25,673 nt of DNA from Verrucomicrobiota bacterium. GTDB lineage: Bacteria; Verrucomicrobiota; Verrucomicrobiia; Verrucomicrobiales; DEV007. The notes under the pieces were generated by a model. It did not search any database, was not told the DNA's origin, and saw only the letters and a list, made by a program, of their open reading frames with translations. Positions 1 to 9,294 of the stretch are shown piece after piece. Both the position numbers and the translations under genes were made by a program. The stretch is from the NCBI GenBank assembly GCA_045046875.1, contig JASFYY010000100.1, forward strand, positions 1 through 25,673, written 5' to 3'. Numbering within the stretch: position 1 is the first letter of the stretch; the number at the start of each line of letters is the position of its first letter.

Positions 1-87
1 TGGAATTCGTTGAGGAAATATTGCTGCTACGATAAGAGGCGGCGAAAAAATTATCATGAATCTTTCTACGCTCTTGCCTTAAGTTGA
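1..87 (+). CDS. C-terminal fragment of a probable IS4-family transposase (partial)
   Basis: Frame 1 is open from base 1 and reads WNSLRKYCCYDKRRRKNYHESFYALALS*. The TGA stop (85-87) lies inside the inverted repeat, and the tail is basic, as in IS231-like transposases. Not in the ORF track because it has no start codon. Confidence 0.65.
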   Translation, partial: WNSLRKYCCYDKRRRKNYHESFYALALS

Positions 88-95
88 CGCGTATG
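1..95 (+). mobile_element. Right end of an IS4-family (IS231-like) insertion sequence: transposase 3' end plus right terminal inverted repeat (78-95); truncated by the window edge
   Basis: 78-95 CTTAAGTTGACGCGTATG is the exact reverse complement of 25591-25608 CATACGCGTCAACTTAAG. This resembles the IS231 terminal repeat as I recall it (CATGCCCATCAACTTAAG). Confidence 0.8.
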
Positions 96-275
96 CCTTT
101 TAGGGCTGACAATAAAACCGATTTAACCCCAGCGCTTCGCACCGGGCTATCACATCTTGTCCTTACAGGACAGTTTGCTTTCATCTCTTTTACACCAGCG
201 GTGCTCAATGATATAGCCCAGTGCGAAGCGCTGGGTAAAAAATCCAATTCTTCCAGCCCTGCATGGGCGAAACGC
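96..275. repeat. REP/BIME-like palindromic cluster
   Basis: 23-bp inverted repeat with 1 mismatch (128-150 CCCAGCGCTTCGCACCGGGCTAT / 213-235 ATAGCCCAGTGCGAAGCGCTGGG). Small hairpins: GCCTTTTAGGGC (95-106), TGTCCTTACAGGACA (158-172), GCCCTGCATGGGC (256-268). Confidence 0.75.
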
Positions 276-348
276 ACAGCTGTCAGCAGCTTAACTATTC
301 TGCCTTACCCCCATTGAGGGAGGTGGCGGTTTTGACTGAAGAGCGGAT

Positions 349-684
349 TTAATTTTTGAGCTTCTTGTTGAGATCATCCCGGCAGGCTTGGCAGTAGCTG
401 TATTTGACGGGGATGGTGTAGAGCTCGGATTTCTGTTCAGCGAGGTCACTGTTGTGGTTAGGAAAAGCGGCGGCGATGGCGGTGTATTCATCGGTGGGCA
501 GGATGCAGACTTCGGGGCTTTGTGCAAAGCCGTTGACGCTGATGAGTTTTTGCCGGTGCAGACTGCAGAACTTTTCCCCCTGGGCATTGGTGTAGCTAGG
601 TTTGCCCTGATAGGCTTGAGGTGTAACGCAGGATGTGAGCAGGACGCTTAATAAGAGGGCTAAGAAGTAGTGGGTGGTTTTCAT
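349..684 (-). CDS. Small lipoprotein of unknown function with CxxH...CxxC pattern
   Basis: Signal peptide with lipobox LLTSC; CSLH and CQAC motifs; 11 bp downstream of the methyltransferase gene on the same strand. Confidence 0.75.
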   Translation of the reverse strand: MKTTHYFLALLLSVLLTSCVTPQAYQGKPSYTNAQGEKFCSLHRQKLISVNGFAQSPEVCILPTDEYTAIAAAFPNHNSDLAEQKSELYTIPVKYSYCQACRDDLNKKLKN

Positions 685-695
685 GGTGAGTTGTG

Positions 696-1478
696 TTAAG
701 AGTGCATTTTCACCGCTCGGGTGGCGAGGAAGGTGGGCATGTAGGGATTGAGGGCGGTGGATTCATCGTCCCAAGTGTCTTCGTAGAGATCGGCAATCAT
801 AAAGCCTGCCTGGGTTTGGCCGCCGATTTGGTCTTGCAGGCTGTGGCTGTATTCGAGGCTGAGGTTGGCTTCGATCTGGTCGTCGAGTTGGTCTTCGGAG
901 AGGGACTCCAAGTCACTGTAGGGCAGGGCGTATTTGACAATCAGTTCGCCGGTTTTTTCGCCGTGTTCGTGATCAAAGAGAAAAAAAGCAGGGTTCATGA
1001 AACCGCTGAGCAGGCTTCCTCCCGGTTTGAGGATACGGTAACATTCTTTCCATACAGGAAGAACGTCCGGCACAAAAACATTGGAAACAGGGTGGAAGAT
1101 AAGATCGAAGGATTGATCCGCGAAGGCGGAAAGGTCCGCCATGTCGCCTTGCAGGGTGGTGATATCCAATCCGTGTTGGTCGGCAACGAGCTGGTCTTTT
1201 TCCAACTGCACATCGGAGTTGTCAAAGGACGTTACTTTTGCACCTGCTGCGGCAAATACGGGGACTTGCTGGCCGCCGCCGCAAGCGAGGCAGAGCAGGT
1301 CGAGCTTTTCTAAATCGGGCAACCAGGTGGTGGGGACGGTTTTGTTCGGGGTCAGGATGACCTGCCAGTTTCCGCTCAGAGCTTGCTCGATGATTTCTGG
1401 CTCCACGGGCGTGCTCCAGCGGCAGCCTTCCATCGATTGGAAGTTCCAGGCATTGCGGTTGAATTCGGTGATGTTCAA
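696..1478 (-). CDS. Class I SAM-dependent methyltransferase
   Basis: Motif I-like LCLACGGGQQ, then GDMADLS, SFDLIF and RILKPGG; TTG start 5 bp after the upstream stop. Confidence 0.9.
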   Translation of the reverse strand: MNITEFNRNAWNFQSMEGCRWSTPVEPEIIEQALSGNWQVILTPNKTVPTTWLPDLEKLDLLCLACGGGQQVPVFAAAGAKVTSFDNSDVQLEKDQLVADQHGLDITTLQGDMADLSAFADQSFDLIFHPVSNVFVPDVLPVWKECYRILKPGGSLLSGFMNPAFFLFDHEHGEKTGELIVKYALPYSDLESLSEDQLDDQIEANLSLEYSHSLQDQIGGQTQAGFMIADLYEDTWDDESTALNPYMPTFLATRAVKMHS

Positions 1479-1483
1479 GATGC

Positions 1484-2761
1484 TCAGGGCTTGCCAATGC
1501 GGAACAGGGCGGAGTCAGTGCGGATCAAAAGGGAGCCGTCGGTAACGGCGAAGGAGGACAGGCCGTGTTCGCCGATATCATTGCTGGCCACTACATCGAG
1601 TTTTTTGCCGGGTTTGATCACTGTGGTGACGCCTTCGCCGTCATGAAAATAAATCAGACCACCTGCGTAGATAGGAGCGGCAGAATAGTTTTTTTTGGTC
1701 AGGCGATCTTCCCAGATGACTTTGCCGCTTTTGGCATCGAGGCAGGTAGCGAGTCCCTTGTCGTCATTCATGTAGAGGTAGTCATCGACGATGATGGGAG
1801 AGGATTCCCTAGGTACGTTTTTTTCATAAATCCAGGCGACATGCGTTTTGGTGACATCCCCTTTGCCGTCCGCACGAATGGCCATCAGTTTGGCTTTATT
1901 AAATCCAGTGCTGACATAGATCAAGCCGTTGGCATATAAGGGGCGGGAGACCACCGAATAACCTTCACCATAACCGCAGCGCCAGAGCTCCTTGCCATTG
2001 CTCGGATCATAGGCGATGACGGCGCCACTGGCCGGGCTGATCAATTGGCGTTGACCGTTCACCTCGATCAGTAGAGGAGTGGTGAAAGAGAAGTTGCGTG
2101 CGACTTCGACGTTCCGCTTGGTTTTCCATTTGCTTTTGCCGCTGTTTTTGTCGAGCGCGATGATGAACGGATCGTCTTTGCCATCACAACTGAAGATGAG
2201 CAGATCATCGACAAGCACGGGAGAGCCTCCATTGCCGTGCACTGGGTTGTACTGGACATTTGTTTTCCACAGGGTTTTTCCGTCGGCGGCATTGAGGCAG
2301 GCGGTTCCGTCATGACCGAAGTGGACGTAGAGTTTGCCATCTTCAAAAATCGGTGTCGGGGAGGCATGACTGTTCTTTTTGTGCATGCGCGCGGGTTTGC
2401 CTTTTTGTTTGCCAAAAACTTCGACATCCCAGAGGATTTTGCCATCGCCTGCATTCACCGCCAAGGCGTGCAGGGTGTAATTGTTTTTTCCTTCGGGGAT
2501 GGCGGTGGTGAGGAAAATTTGTGAACCGACGACGATGGGGGAAGACCAGGCGATGCCGGGGATCTCACTTTTCCAGGCAACGTTTTTATCGGCAGACCAT
2601 TTAACCGGAACGTTCTTGGCTTGTGAGTGCCCTTGTCCACCGGGGCCGCGGAACTCGGGCCAGTCTTCGGCTTGCGCCTGCTGTTTGGAAAGCAGGGTGA
2701 ATCCGGTGAACAGAGAGAAAGAAAACAGGGCGGCAGTTTTGAGGGGATAGTTGATTTTCAC
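1484..2761 (-). CDS. Secreted PQQ-like (BamB-like) beta-propeller repeat protein
   Basis: Signal peptide ending AQA; DWPEFRGP start typical of the PVC family; repeated SSP / GKxxW propeller motifs; GTG start. Confidence 0.9.
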   Translation of the reverse strand: MKINYPLKTAALFSFSLFTGFTLLSKQQAQAEDWPEFRGPGGQGHSQAKNVPVKWSADKNVAWKSEIPGIAWSSPIVVGSQIFLTTAIPEGKNNYTLHALAVNAGDGKILWDVEVFGKQKGKPARMHKKNSHASPTPIFEDGKLYVHFGHDGTACLNAADGKTLWKTNVQYNPVHGNGGSPVLVDDLLIFSCDGKDDPFIIALDKNSGKSKWKTKRNVEVARNFSFTTPLLIEVNGQRQLISPASGAVIAYDPSNGKELWRCGYGEGYSVVSRPLYANGLIYVSTGFNKAKLMAIRADGKGDVTKTHVAWIYEKNVPRESSPIIVDDYLYMNDDKGLATCLDAKSGKVIWEDRLTKKNYSAAPIYAGGLIYFHDGEGVTTVIKPGKKLDVVASNDIGEHGLSSFAVTDGSLLIRTDSALFRIGKP

Positions 2762-2854
2762 AGTAAGCTACTTTGCACGGTGCAAATCTACGAAGCAAAC
2801 AGAAATCCGTAGTGATACGTAAGAATAATACTTTAAGGCATTGCTGGAAAACGG

Positions 2855-5800
2855 CTATTGAGGTGCGAGTAAAAAAGCGATCAGGTCGGCCATGGCCTGA
2901 GGAGAGACGGCAGCTTCCAGGCCGTCGGGCATCAAGGATCGGCCGGAATTCTTGAGGCTGGCAATTTCACTGCGAGCCAGATCGCGAGTGCTGTTGTCGG
3001 CCATTTTCAGCGTGATGCCGCTGCCGGATTCGGCGACCACGCGACCAGTGTAAATTTCGCCGGATTTGGTTTGAGCGATGTATTCCATGTAGTCGGGGGC
3101 AACTTCGCGATTAGGATCGATGACGTTGGTCATGATGCGTTCGGCATCCCAAGCGGTGACGACGGCGAGATTGGGAGCCAGATCAACTAGACCTTTTTCG
3201 CGGAATTTGTGGCAGGCGATGCAGACGGATGAATAAATGAGTTCGCCTTTTTTGGGGTCGCCGGTGAGATTGGGGACATCCTTGTAACGAGCAAGCACCT
3301 CGGCACGGGAGCCTGATCCTGAAAAGAGTTTTTTGGCACGTGCGGCTATCGCGGCGTTTTTATGAGTGACCAGTAAATCGCGGCGAGTGGGGCCGAGTTG
3401 ATAGGGGGCGATTTTTTTGGATTCGATCGCATCGAGCAGGGAATCCAGACGTTCCTGGCGAGCCAAGAGCAGTTGCAGGATTTGGTTTCTCAACTCACCA
3501 CTGTAACTGTCCCATCCTTTCAGTAGCAATTCGCCGGTTTCGGGTTGGCGGGCACCGATGATGGACAGGGTGGCGGCGGCACTGGATTGAACCGCTTCGG
3601 GAACGGCAGGGTTCAAGAGACTTTGCAAGAAGGCTGAGCTTTGCTTAAAAGTGGAGTTGCGCAACAAGGCGATGCCGTTGTTGCGTTGTGCCACGGAGGC
3701 CGTGTGGTTTTTTGCCAGCGAGCGGGCCTGGTTGAGTAAATCTTTGAGAAAGGCGGTGCCTTCCGGCGTTTCTTTTGTCGCTTTGACCAAGCTGGATTTT
3801 CCGATCCGCAAGCCATTGGCAAATCCTGCAGCGGTGGTCAGGGTGACGGAGTCTGCCTTGCCTCGTGCAGCAAGTTGTTTGATCAGGGATTTGATTTCTG
3901 CGGCTTGCTGCTGCGCTCCTACTATTTGAGCTAGTGGGGCGAGCAGCTCGCTGGAGGCTGCGGATGAAGTGAAAGTTTGATCTGCCAGCAAATCCGCGAG
4001 CATGGTGGAAGCGTGGGGAAGAGCTGAGCTTAGCAGGGCGAGTCTGATCCAGTGGTCAGCGACGTCTGTTCGTGCGATTGTGATGAGGGCTTTTGCAATG
4101 GACGGGTTGTTTTCTTTTGAATCCGCATTGCCGAGAGCAAGAGCGGTTTGATAACGAACCGTTGGATGAGGGTCGTTTGCCAACGCGGTGAGAGCGGGCA
4201 GTAGCGAGCTTTGTTCGGGTAAGTGAAGTGCGGCGATTTTTGCGGCATTAGCGCGGATATTCGGATTGGAATCAACGAGAGCAGTGACGATGGACTCAGC
4301 TTTCAAAGACGCAAGGCCTTGCAGAGTCCATAATGCGTGCAGTCGTCCCAGCGGGGCATTGTTTTCCTGAGCCATAACAATCAGAGCTGGCACGATGTTT
4401 TTGTCCTGACGTTCGAAAAGCAGGCGGTGGGCAGTCTCCCGGTGCCAGGCGTTTGGGTGGGCGAGCAAAACGACCAGTTCAGGACTGGGCGCGGTGCTGA
4501 GTTTGGGGGCGGGACGGTGTTGGTAATTTGTTGGCTCAATCCGGTAGATGCGCCCTTTGTCGCGGCCGCGTTCGAGGTCCATGCGGGCATGAAAAGACTC
4601 CGGGAGTGACCAGGGATGTTCGATAGCTTCGCGGTAGAGATCCGTCGCATGCAGGCAACCGTCAGGAGCGTTGACCAGGTTGGTCGGGCGGAACCAGACA
4701 TCTCTCGAAGCGACAAAATCGGCTTTGCCGTCGCTTTCCGGTTTGATGACGGCAAAGGTCGGGCCGTTGGCCTCGGCTTTGAGATGGTAGATAAGATTAT
4801 AACACGGCTCGGAAACAAAAAACATTCCGCGATGACTGGCGGGGTAAGCGTCGCCGCGATAAATAACGGGAGCTGAAGACGAAGTGGGTCGGCTGGGTTC
4901 GCCTTCGCCATCACCTCGAGGTGGTTTGTATCCGCTACGGGGATTGAAGGCTCGATCTTTGTAGCGTTGCAGGCGCCAGGCTTCGATGCCGGTGATCGGA
5001 TACAATTGAATCGGCCTGTTCGGATCCGGACACACCTGGGTTCCTCGGCGGCTGGGTAACCAGGGGTTGCGCGAAAGCGCACTCAGTGGCATGACGCTGT
5101 GATAAACAGGGGTGCTGTTATTACTAAGAAATCGGTTGCCCCAGTCATCAAAAGTATTGCCGAACTGAATGCCGCCGGTGACCAGCTCAAAGTTCTCTGG
5201 GTGGTTGGCGTCGAGGCGCACATCGGCACGTCCGATTTCAATCGCTTTATCTGCGCCGAGTTTGGGAGAGTAAAGTTTGCCGCGGTTACTGGCCGAGGCG
5301 ATGTAGATGCGGTTATCCAATCCCCAGATAGGATTGTTGACTTCCGCCTGCACATTGTACTTACGGTATCCGGTGAGAACTTTTTCTTTCACATCCGCTT
5401 TGCCGTCCCCCGTGGTATCTTTTAGATACCAGAAGTCAGGAGCTGCGGTGACAAAAATTCCGCCCTTCCAAGGCACCACTCCAGTGGGCCAGGAGAGTCC
5501 ACTGGCGAAGATGCTCGATTTGTCGAATACGCCGTCACCGTCTTCGTCAGTGAGCAGGCGGATTTTGCCGATCGCTTCATCGGTGGGGTTTTCCTGCATT
5601 GCTTTGTGTTTTGCTTTGTCCGTGTAGGGGTAGTCGTTCATCTCTGCGACGTAAGCGCGTCCGTCCGCGTCGTAACAAATGGCGACCGGGTCGGTGACCA
5701 GGGGTTCGGCGGCGAGTAAGGTCATTTTGAAACCGTCAAAAACTTTAAATTCTCCCGCAGCTTTGCTTCCGGCGGTTGCAGGGGTTTGAGGTAATGGGTC

Positions 5801-5887
5801 AGCTGCTTTTGCGAGCGGAGCATGGATTGACAAAAAAATGCCTAGCAATAATATGCGCGTTAGAAACAGGGTGGTGGTGATTTTCAT
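2855..5887 (-). CDS. PVC-type heme-binding CxxCH protein (dehydrogenase-like beta-propeller + HEAT repeats + cytochrome c domain)
   Basis: Signal peptide; LLAAEPLVTDPVAI, DTTGDGKAD, FDDWG and FRPTNLVNAPDG propeller motifs; helical HEAT-like middle region; CIACH at 3209-3223; C-terminal SLMPDGLE. Confidence 0.9.
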   Translation of the reverse strand: MKITTTLFLTRILLLGIFLSIHAPLAKAADPLPQTPATAGSKAAGEFKVFDGFKMTLLAAEPLVTDPVAICYDADGRAYVAEMNDYPYTDKAKHKAMQENPTDEAIGKIRLLTDEDGDGVFDKSSIFASGLSWPTGVVPWKGGIFVTAAPDFWYLKDTTGDGKADVKEKVLTGYRKYNVQAEVNNPIWGLDNRIYIASASNRGKLYSPKLGADKAIEIGRADVRLDANHPENFELVTGGIQFGNTFDDWGNRFLSNNSTPVYHSVMPLSALSRNPWLPSRRGTQVCPDPNRPIQLYPITGIEAWRLQRYKDRAFNPRSGYKPPRGDGEGEPSRPTSSSAPVIYRGDAYPASHRGMFFVSEPCYNLIYHLKAEANGPTFAVIKPESDGKADFVASRDVWFRPTNLVNAPDGCLHATDLYREAIEHPWSLPESFHARMDLERGRDKGRIYRIEPTNYQHRPAPKLSTAPSPELVVLLAHPNAWHRETAHRLLFERQDKNIVPALIVMAQENNAPLGRLHALWTLQGLASLKAESIVTALVDSNPNIRANAAKIAALHLPEQSSLLPALTALANDPHPTVRYQTALALGNADSKENNPSIAKALITIARTDVADHWIRLALLSSALPHASTMLADLLADQTFTSSAASSELLAPLAQIVGAQQQAAEIKSLIKQLAARGKADSVTLTTAAGFANGLRIGKSSLVKATKETPEGTAFLKDLLNQARSLAKNHTASVAQRNNGIALLRNSTFKQSSAFLQSLLNPAVPEAVQSSAAATLSIIGARQPETGELLLKGWDSYSGELRNQILQLLLARQERLDSLLDAIESKKIAPYQLGPTRRDLLVTHKNAAIAARAKKLFSGSGSRAEVLARYKDVPNLTGDPKKGELIYSSVCIACHKFREKGLVDLAPNLAVVTAWDAERIMTNVIDPNREVAPDYMEYIAQTKSGEIYTGRVVAESGSGITLKMADNSTRDLARSEIASLKNSGRSLMPDGLEAAVSPQAMADLIAFLLAPQ

Positions 5888-7272
5888 TGGATCAGTGAAC
5901 GGCTGGCAGTGGAAAATAAAGCGTCGATGCTGGATTCGGAAAAGGCAACGCTTACTTCATATCCACCTTGCGGATATGCTTCGGCGGTGGGGATATACCA
6001 GGGGCCGTCATCTCCGTAAGCGGCGATGGCGACAAATTTAGCGCTTGCCGATTTTTGTGCGGCTAGTTGGTATTCGATGAAAACTTCGGCAGGCAGGTGC
6101 AGCAGGGCAATGTCGCCGTTGAGATGCAGGCAGCTGAGCGAGAGAGGCGGACCTTGTTCGCAACGCTTGAGCCAGGTGCGGCGGAAAGCATTACGATTGC
6201 GGGTAGCGGTGTTTGCTTTTTTGTTATGAATAGTTTTTTCGATTTCTTCCAGACTAGGACTGCTGCGGCCTTTTGGTTTCAGTTGGGAGTTTTGCCAGCT
6301 GATAGAGGTGAGCGGACTGGGTTTGAGTTTGGCTCCCGCTATTGCCATGGCCTGGTATAGTCTTGTGCCAAGTTCGCGCATGTTTGCCGCCGTTAGATTG
6401 GTGTATTTGCCGGCATTGATGTTGCCTGCGCAGGCAGTGAAATAGATGTGAGTGCAATCGGGTTCCGCTTTTTGCGCCAAACGACGAGCGATGCCGGGGA
6501 ATTCTGCGGACACCGTGCCGTCATGAATTCTGCTGATGGGGTGGACGGCGTAGTAGTGGCAGGCGGCGACTTTGTCATTGCCGTCATAAAACGCCACCGT
6601 CTTGAGCATGGGGTCGATCAAGCCTTCCGGCAGATCGAGCAGCTCGGGATGGCTTTTGAAGGCATTGACCCCTCGGGTGATTTGCATTTTACCATTGTTC
6701 CCAATGATGCGTCGATTGCAGGCGATGCGAGAAACCGGAGCCTCGGCGGTAGCGATGGAGGTGACAGGGCGAGCCTTTTTGACCGCATCTGTGACCGCTG
6801 CACGTCCGCGGTCGAGGGTGCGGAAAAAGAAATCCACGTTCATGATGTAAGGAGGCTTGCCGATTTTCTCCACGTAGAGCTGCGATTCAAGGCAGGCAAA
6901 GGGTGCGTTGTGTTGGTGAACGGTGTGCACCGTGACACGATCGGGTGTGGTTCCCGCGCCCTCGGCGAGGGCTTCTCTCCATTTCAGATGGGCTTCGTTG
7001 AGGATGCCGGTCCAGTCCACGGAGCAGAGCACGATGGGTTTCCCCGCCCCGAGAATGACGATACCAATCGCTTCGAGCGGATCCTCAACGGTCGTCGCCG
7101 GAGTGATCCATCCGCCGCAGAGGGAATGACCGTTGGGCACGGTGGCATCAAAACGGAAGGGCGCGATGCGCAGCTTGCCTGTGGATTCAGCGGCCTGGGT
7201 CATGGGGTCGCGCAACAGGGCAGCAACAGCACCACCGAGGCTGGTGTGGAGAAAAGAGCGACGGGGGATCAT
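5884..7272 (-). CDS. Tat-exported neutral/alkaline ceramidase-like metallohydrolase
   Basis: PRRSFL twin-arginine signal; HQHNAP and YAVHP His motifs; C-terminal GDDGPWYIPT...GGYE. 4-bp ATGA overlap with the next gene. Confidence 0.75.
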   Translation of the reverse strand: MIPRRSFLHTSLGGAVAALLRDPMTQAAESTGKLRIAPFRFDATVPNGHSLCGGWITPATTVEDPLEAIGIVILGAGKPIVLCSVDWTGILNEAHLKWREALAEGAGTTPDRVTVHTVHQHNAPFACLESQLYVEKIGKPPYIMNVDFFFRTLDRGRAAVTDAVKKARPVTSIATAEAPVSRIACNRRIIGNNGKMQITRGVNAFKSHPELLDLPEGLIDPMLKTVAFYDGNDKVAACHYYAVHPISRIHDGTVSAEFPGIARRLAQKAEPDCTHIYFTACAGNINAGKYTNLTAANMRELGTRLYQAMAIAGAKLKPSPLTSISWQNSQLKPKGRSSPSLEEIEKTIHNKKANTATRNRNAFRRTWLKRCEQGPPLSLSCLHLNGDIALLHLPAEVFIEYQLAAQKSASAKFVAIAAYGDDGPWYIPTAEAYPQGGYEVSVAFSESSIDALFSTASRSLIQ

Positions 7273-7275
7273 AAT

Positions 7276-9294
7276 TTATTTTGTTGCCGTTGCAGGTTTT
7301 GTTAGGGCCGCCTGAACTTGTCTCCGGACTTCGTCGGTGATGAGGTTTTCAATGCCTGGTTTCCAAGGGGCGGGCAAGCCGTAATAAACCATTGAAGTGC
7401 CGCCTTCGTAACCGCCTACTTCAAGCACACGTTCTGACGGAATGTAAGCCATCACGTCATTGGTGTAAGCGGTGACCCAGGTAGGGCTTTCACCAAATTC
7501 CTTTTTGAAACGAAGAGAATAGTCCACCACCACTTCGCCTCCGAGAAATATCCACTGCAGTTCGGAGCCGAGTCGCCAGGTCTGAATAGGATAGGCGGGG
7601 TAGGATTTTTGAGCCGACTTGCCTGTCTCGAGATCCTCAAGAAGTTTGCGTGCGTGGCGGGCTTTGTATTTATTTTTGCCACGCGCTATGACTTCGAGTT
7701 GTTTGCGTTCGGGAATGGTGCTCAGGGGCAAGTCTATTTCTTGATACACCGTTTTTAAATTTCCTTTGATGATAGTCAATGGTTGTTTGAGGCGTTTTTC
7801 TATCGCAGCGGCGAGTTGTTTTCCTGTGTTTCGTGCAGTTTCGACATCAGTGTCGCCGCGAGGCCATGGCGTTTGGTCGCCACCGCAACCTTGCCAGAAC
7901 ATCGCGATGGCGCCCGGATGTTTTTTTTCGAGCTCGATTTTGGCAAAACCCGGGTAATCTCCGCACCAGCGATCAAATGCTCCCGACAGTTTGGTCGGAT
8001 GGCAAGCGTATCCGGCAACAATGGCGATGAGCTGTTTGTTGAAATTTTTCACCAACAGAACAGGAACGCTGTAATCTGACGGTCCCACGAGTTTTCCCTC
8101 GGCACGACGTTTTTTGACTTTCGGGTGTGGGTTGTTGCGACGGTTCACCGCGATGTGGGAAATACCTTCGCCCCAGGCAAGGGTGGCAGGTGTGAGTTTT
8201 GCCATCGCTTCATCGACCACGGAGACAATGCGATCTCGCAACCATTCAGTGTAAGCATCAATCATTTTTTGATCTTGCTCTTGGTGGAAAAATAGCCCTC
8301 TCAAATTATGCCCCACCACCGGACCGCTGTGGGTGTGTGAACAGTTCAAGGCGATTTGATCTCGGTTGAGACTGTGTCTTTTCGCCACTGTCTGGCAGAT
8401 CCTGGCAGTGGTCGCCCGATCAATACCAACAAGGTCGAGCGTGACGAGCACCGCACGTTTTCCGTATGGATCTTCCATGATCAGAACTTTGGCATGCAGG
8501 TCGTGTTCGGTCTGACTGGCTGGTTTTTTTCGTCCGGCATAACCCGACATCCACATAGGGTTAGGTGGGGTGATAACAACGGATGCGACACCCGCTTTCC
8601 ATGCATCAGATTCGGGTTTAGCGATTTTATCGATCGGAGGATTGGATGAGGGCAACGGGCGAATGCGGATCTTGCGAAAATGGACTTCACTGTGTTCGGC
8701 TTGCAATCCGATGTATCCTTTGACCCGGCTGGTTTTCTTCGCCCGCGTGACGACCTTGCCGTTGACTGCCAGTTCGACGGTTCCGTCTTTCGAAGTGATC
8801 ACGTATTGGTTCCATTGCTCCGCGGGTCTTTGGCGTTTTTCCAAGGGACGAGCGGCGGCGGCTTGGCCTTTTTTATTGGGATGGGTGAGAGCTACCAGAG
8901 ATGCTCCTCGAATGCCGAACAAACTTCCGTGATCGCCATCGAGCAACTGGGCTTCGATGGCGGGAGGGTACGGTTCACCCGGCCGGGGAGAGGCGTCCGC
9001 ATGAAAAAAGATCCCCGAATTTCCACCCGGCTTGGCGTGACGCCATTCCACTTCGAGGATGTAGTTTTCATACATCTGGTTGTTGCGAATAAATCCATTG
9101 GGTTCGCCACTGCAGATCAGCAGGCCATCACGCACCTGCCAGGTGTCGGGCTTGCCGTTGACGTTCACCCAACCATCGAGATTATTGCCATTGAAGAGCG
9201 AAATGTAACCGTCACTGTCAGCAGCCTGAGCCCATACGGAGCTAGTCGAAAAGACTAAGGACAGCGTCGCAATGATGGCTTTGAGTATTTTCAT
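7276..9294 (-). CDS. Secreted fusion: DUF1080 (3-keto-disaccharide hydrolase-like) domain + neutral/alkaline ceramidase-like domain
   Basis: N-terminal SLFNGNNLDGW, NSGIFF and GYIGLQ..FRKIRIR (DUF1080); then WKAGVASVVITP, MSGYAGR, SHTHSGP, YACHPT and AYIPSE..GGYEG (ceramidase-like). Confidence 0.85.
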   Translation of the reverse strand: MKILKAIIATLSLVFSTSSVWAQAADSDGYISLFNGNNLDGWVNVNGKPDTWQVRDGLLICSGEPNGFIRNNQMYENYILEVEWRHAKPGGNSGIFFHADASPRPGEPYPPAIEAQLLDGDHGSLFGIRGASLVALTHPNKKGQAAAARPLEKRQRPAEQWNQYVITSKDGTVELAVNGKVVTRAKKTSRVKGYIGLQAEHSEVHFRKIRIRPLPSSNPPIDKIAKPESDAWKAGVASVVITPPNPMWMSGYAGRKKPASQTEHDLHAKVLIMEDPYGKRAVLVTLDLVGIDRATTARICQTVAKRHSLNRDQIALNCSHTHSGPVVGHNLRGLFFHQEQDQKMIDAYTEWLRDRIVSVVDEAMAKLTPATLAWGEGISHIAVNRRNNPHPKVKKRRAEGKLVGPSDYSVPVLLVKNFNKQLIAIVAGYACHPTKLSGAFDRWCGDYPGFAKIELEKKHPGAIAMFWQGCGGDQTPWPRGDTDVETARNTGKQLAAAIEKRLKQPLTIIKGNLKTVYQEIDLPLSTIPERKQLEVIARGKNKYKARHARKLLEDLETGKSAQKSYPAYPIQTWRLGSELQWIFLGGEVVVDYSLRFKKEFGESPTWVTAYTNDVMAYIPSERVLEVGGYEGGTSMVYYGLPAPWKPGIENLITDEVRRQVQAALTKPATATK

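Noticed and set aside
84..317. 77-aa ORF on the plus strand
   Set aside because: Runs through the IS repeat and the REP palindromes; no protein-like motifs.
4381..5082. 233-aa alternate-frame ORF inside the heme protein gene
   Set aside because: Pro/Arg/Ser-rich off-frame shadow typical of GC-rich coding DNA.
6448..7305. 285-aa antisense ORF
   Set aside because: Mirror of the ceramidase-like gene; no motifs.
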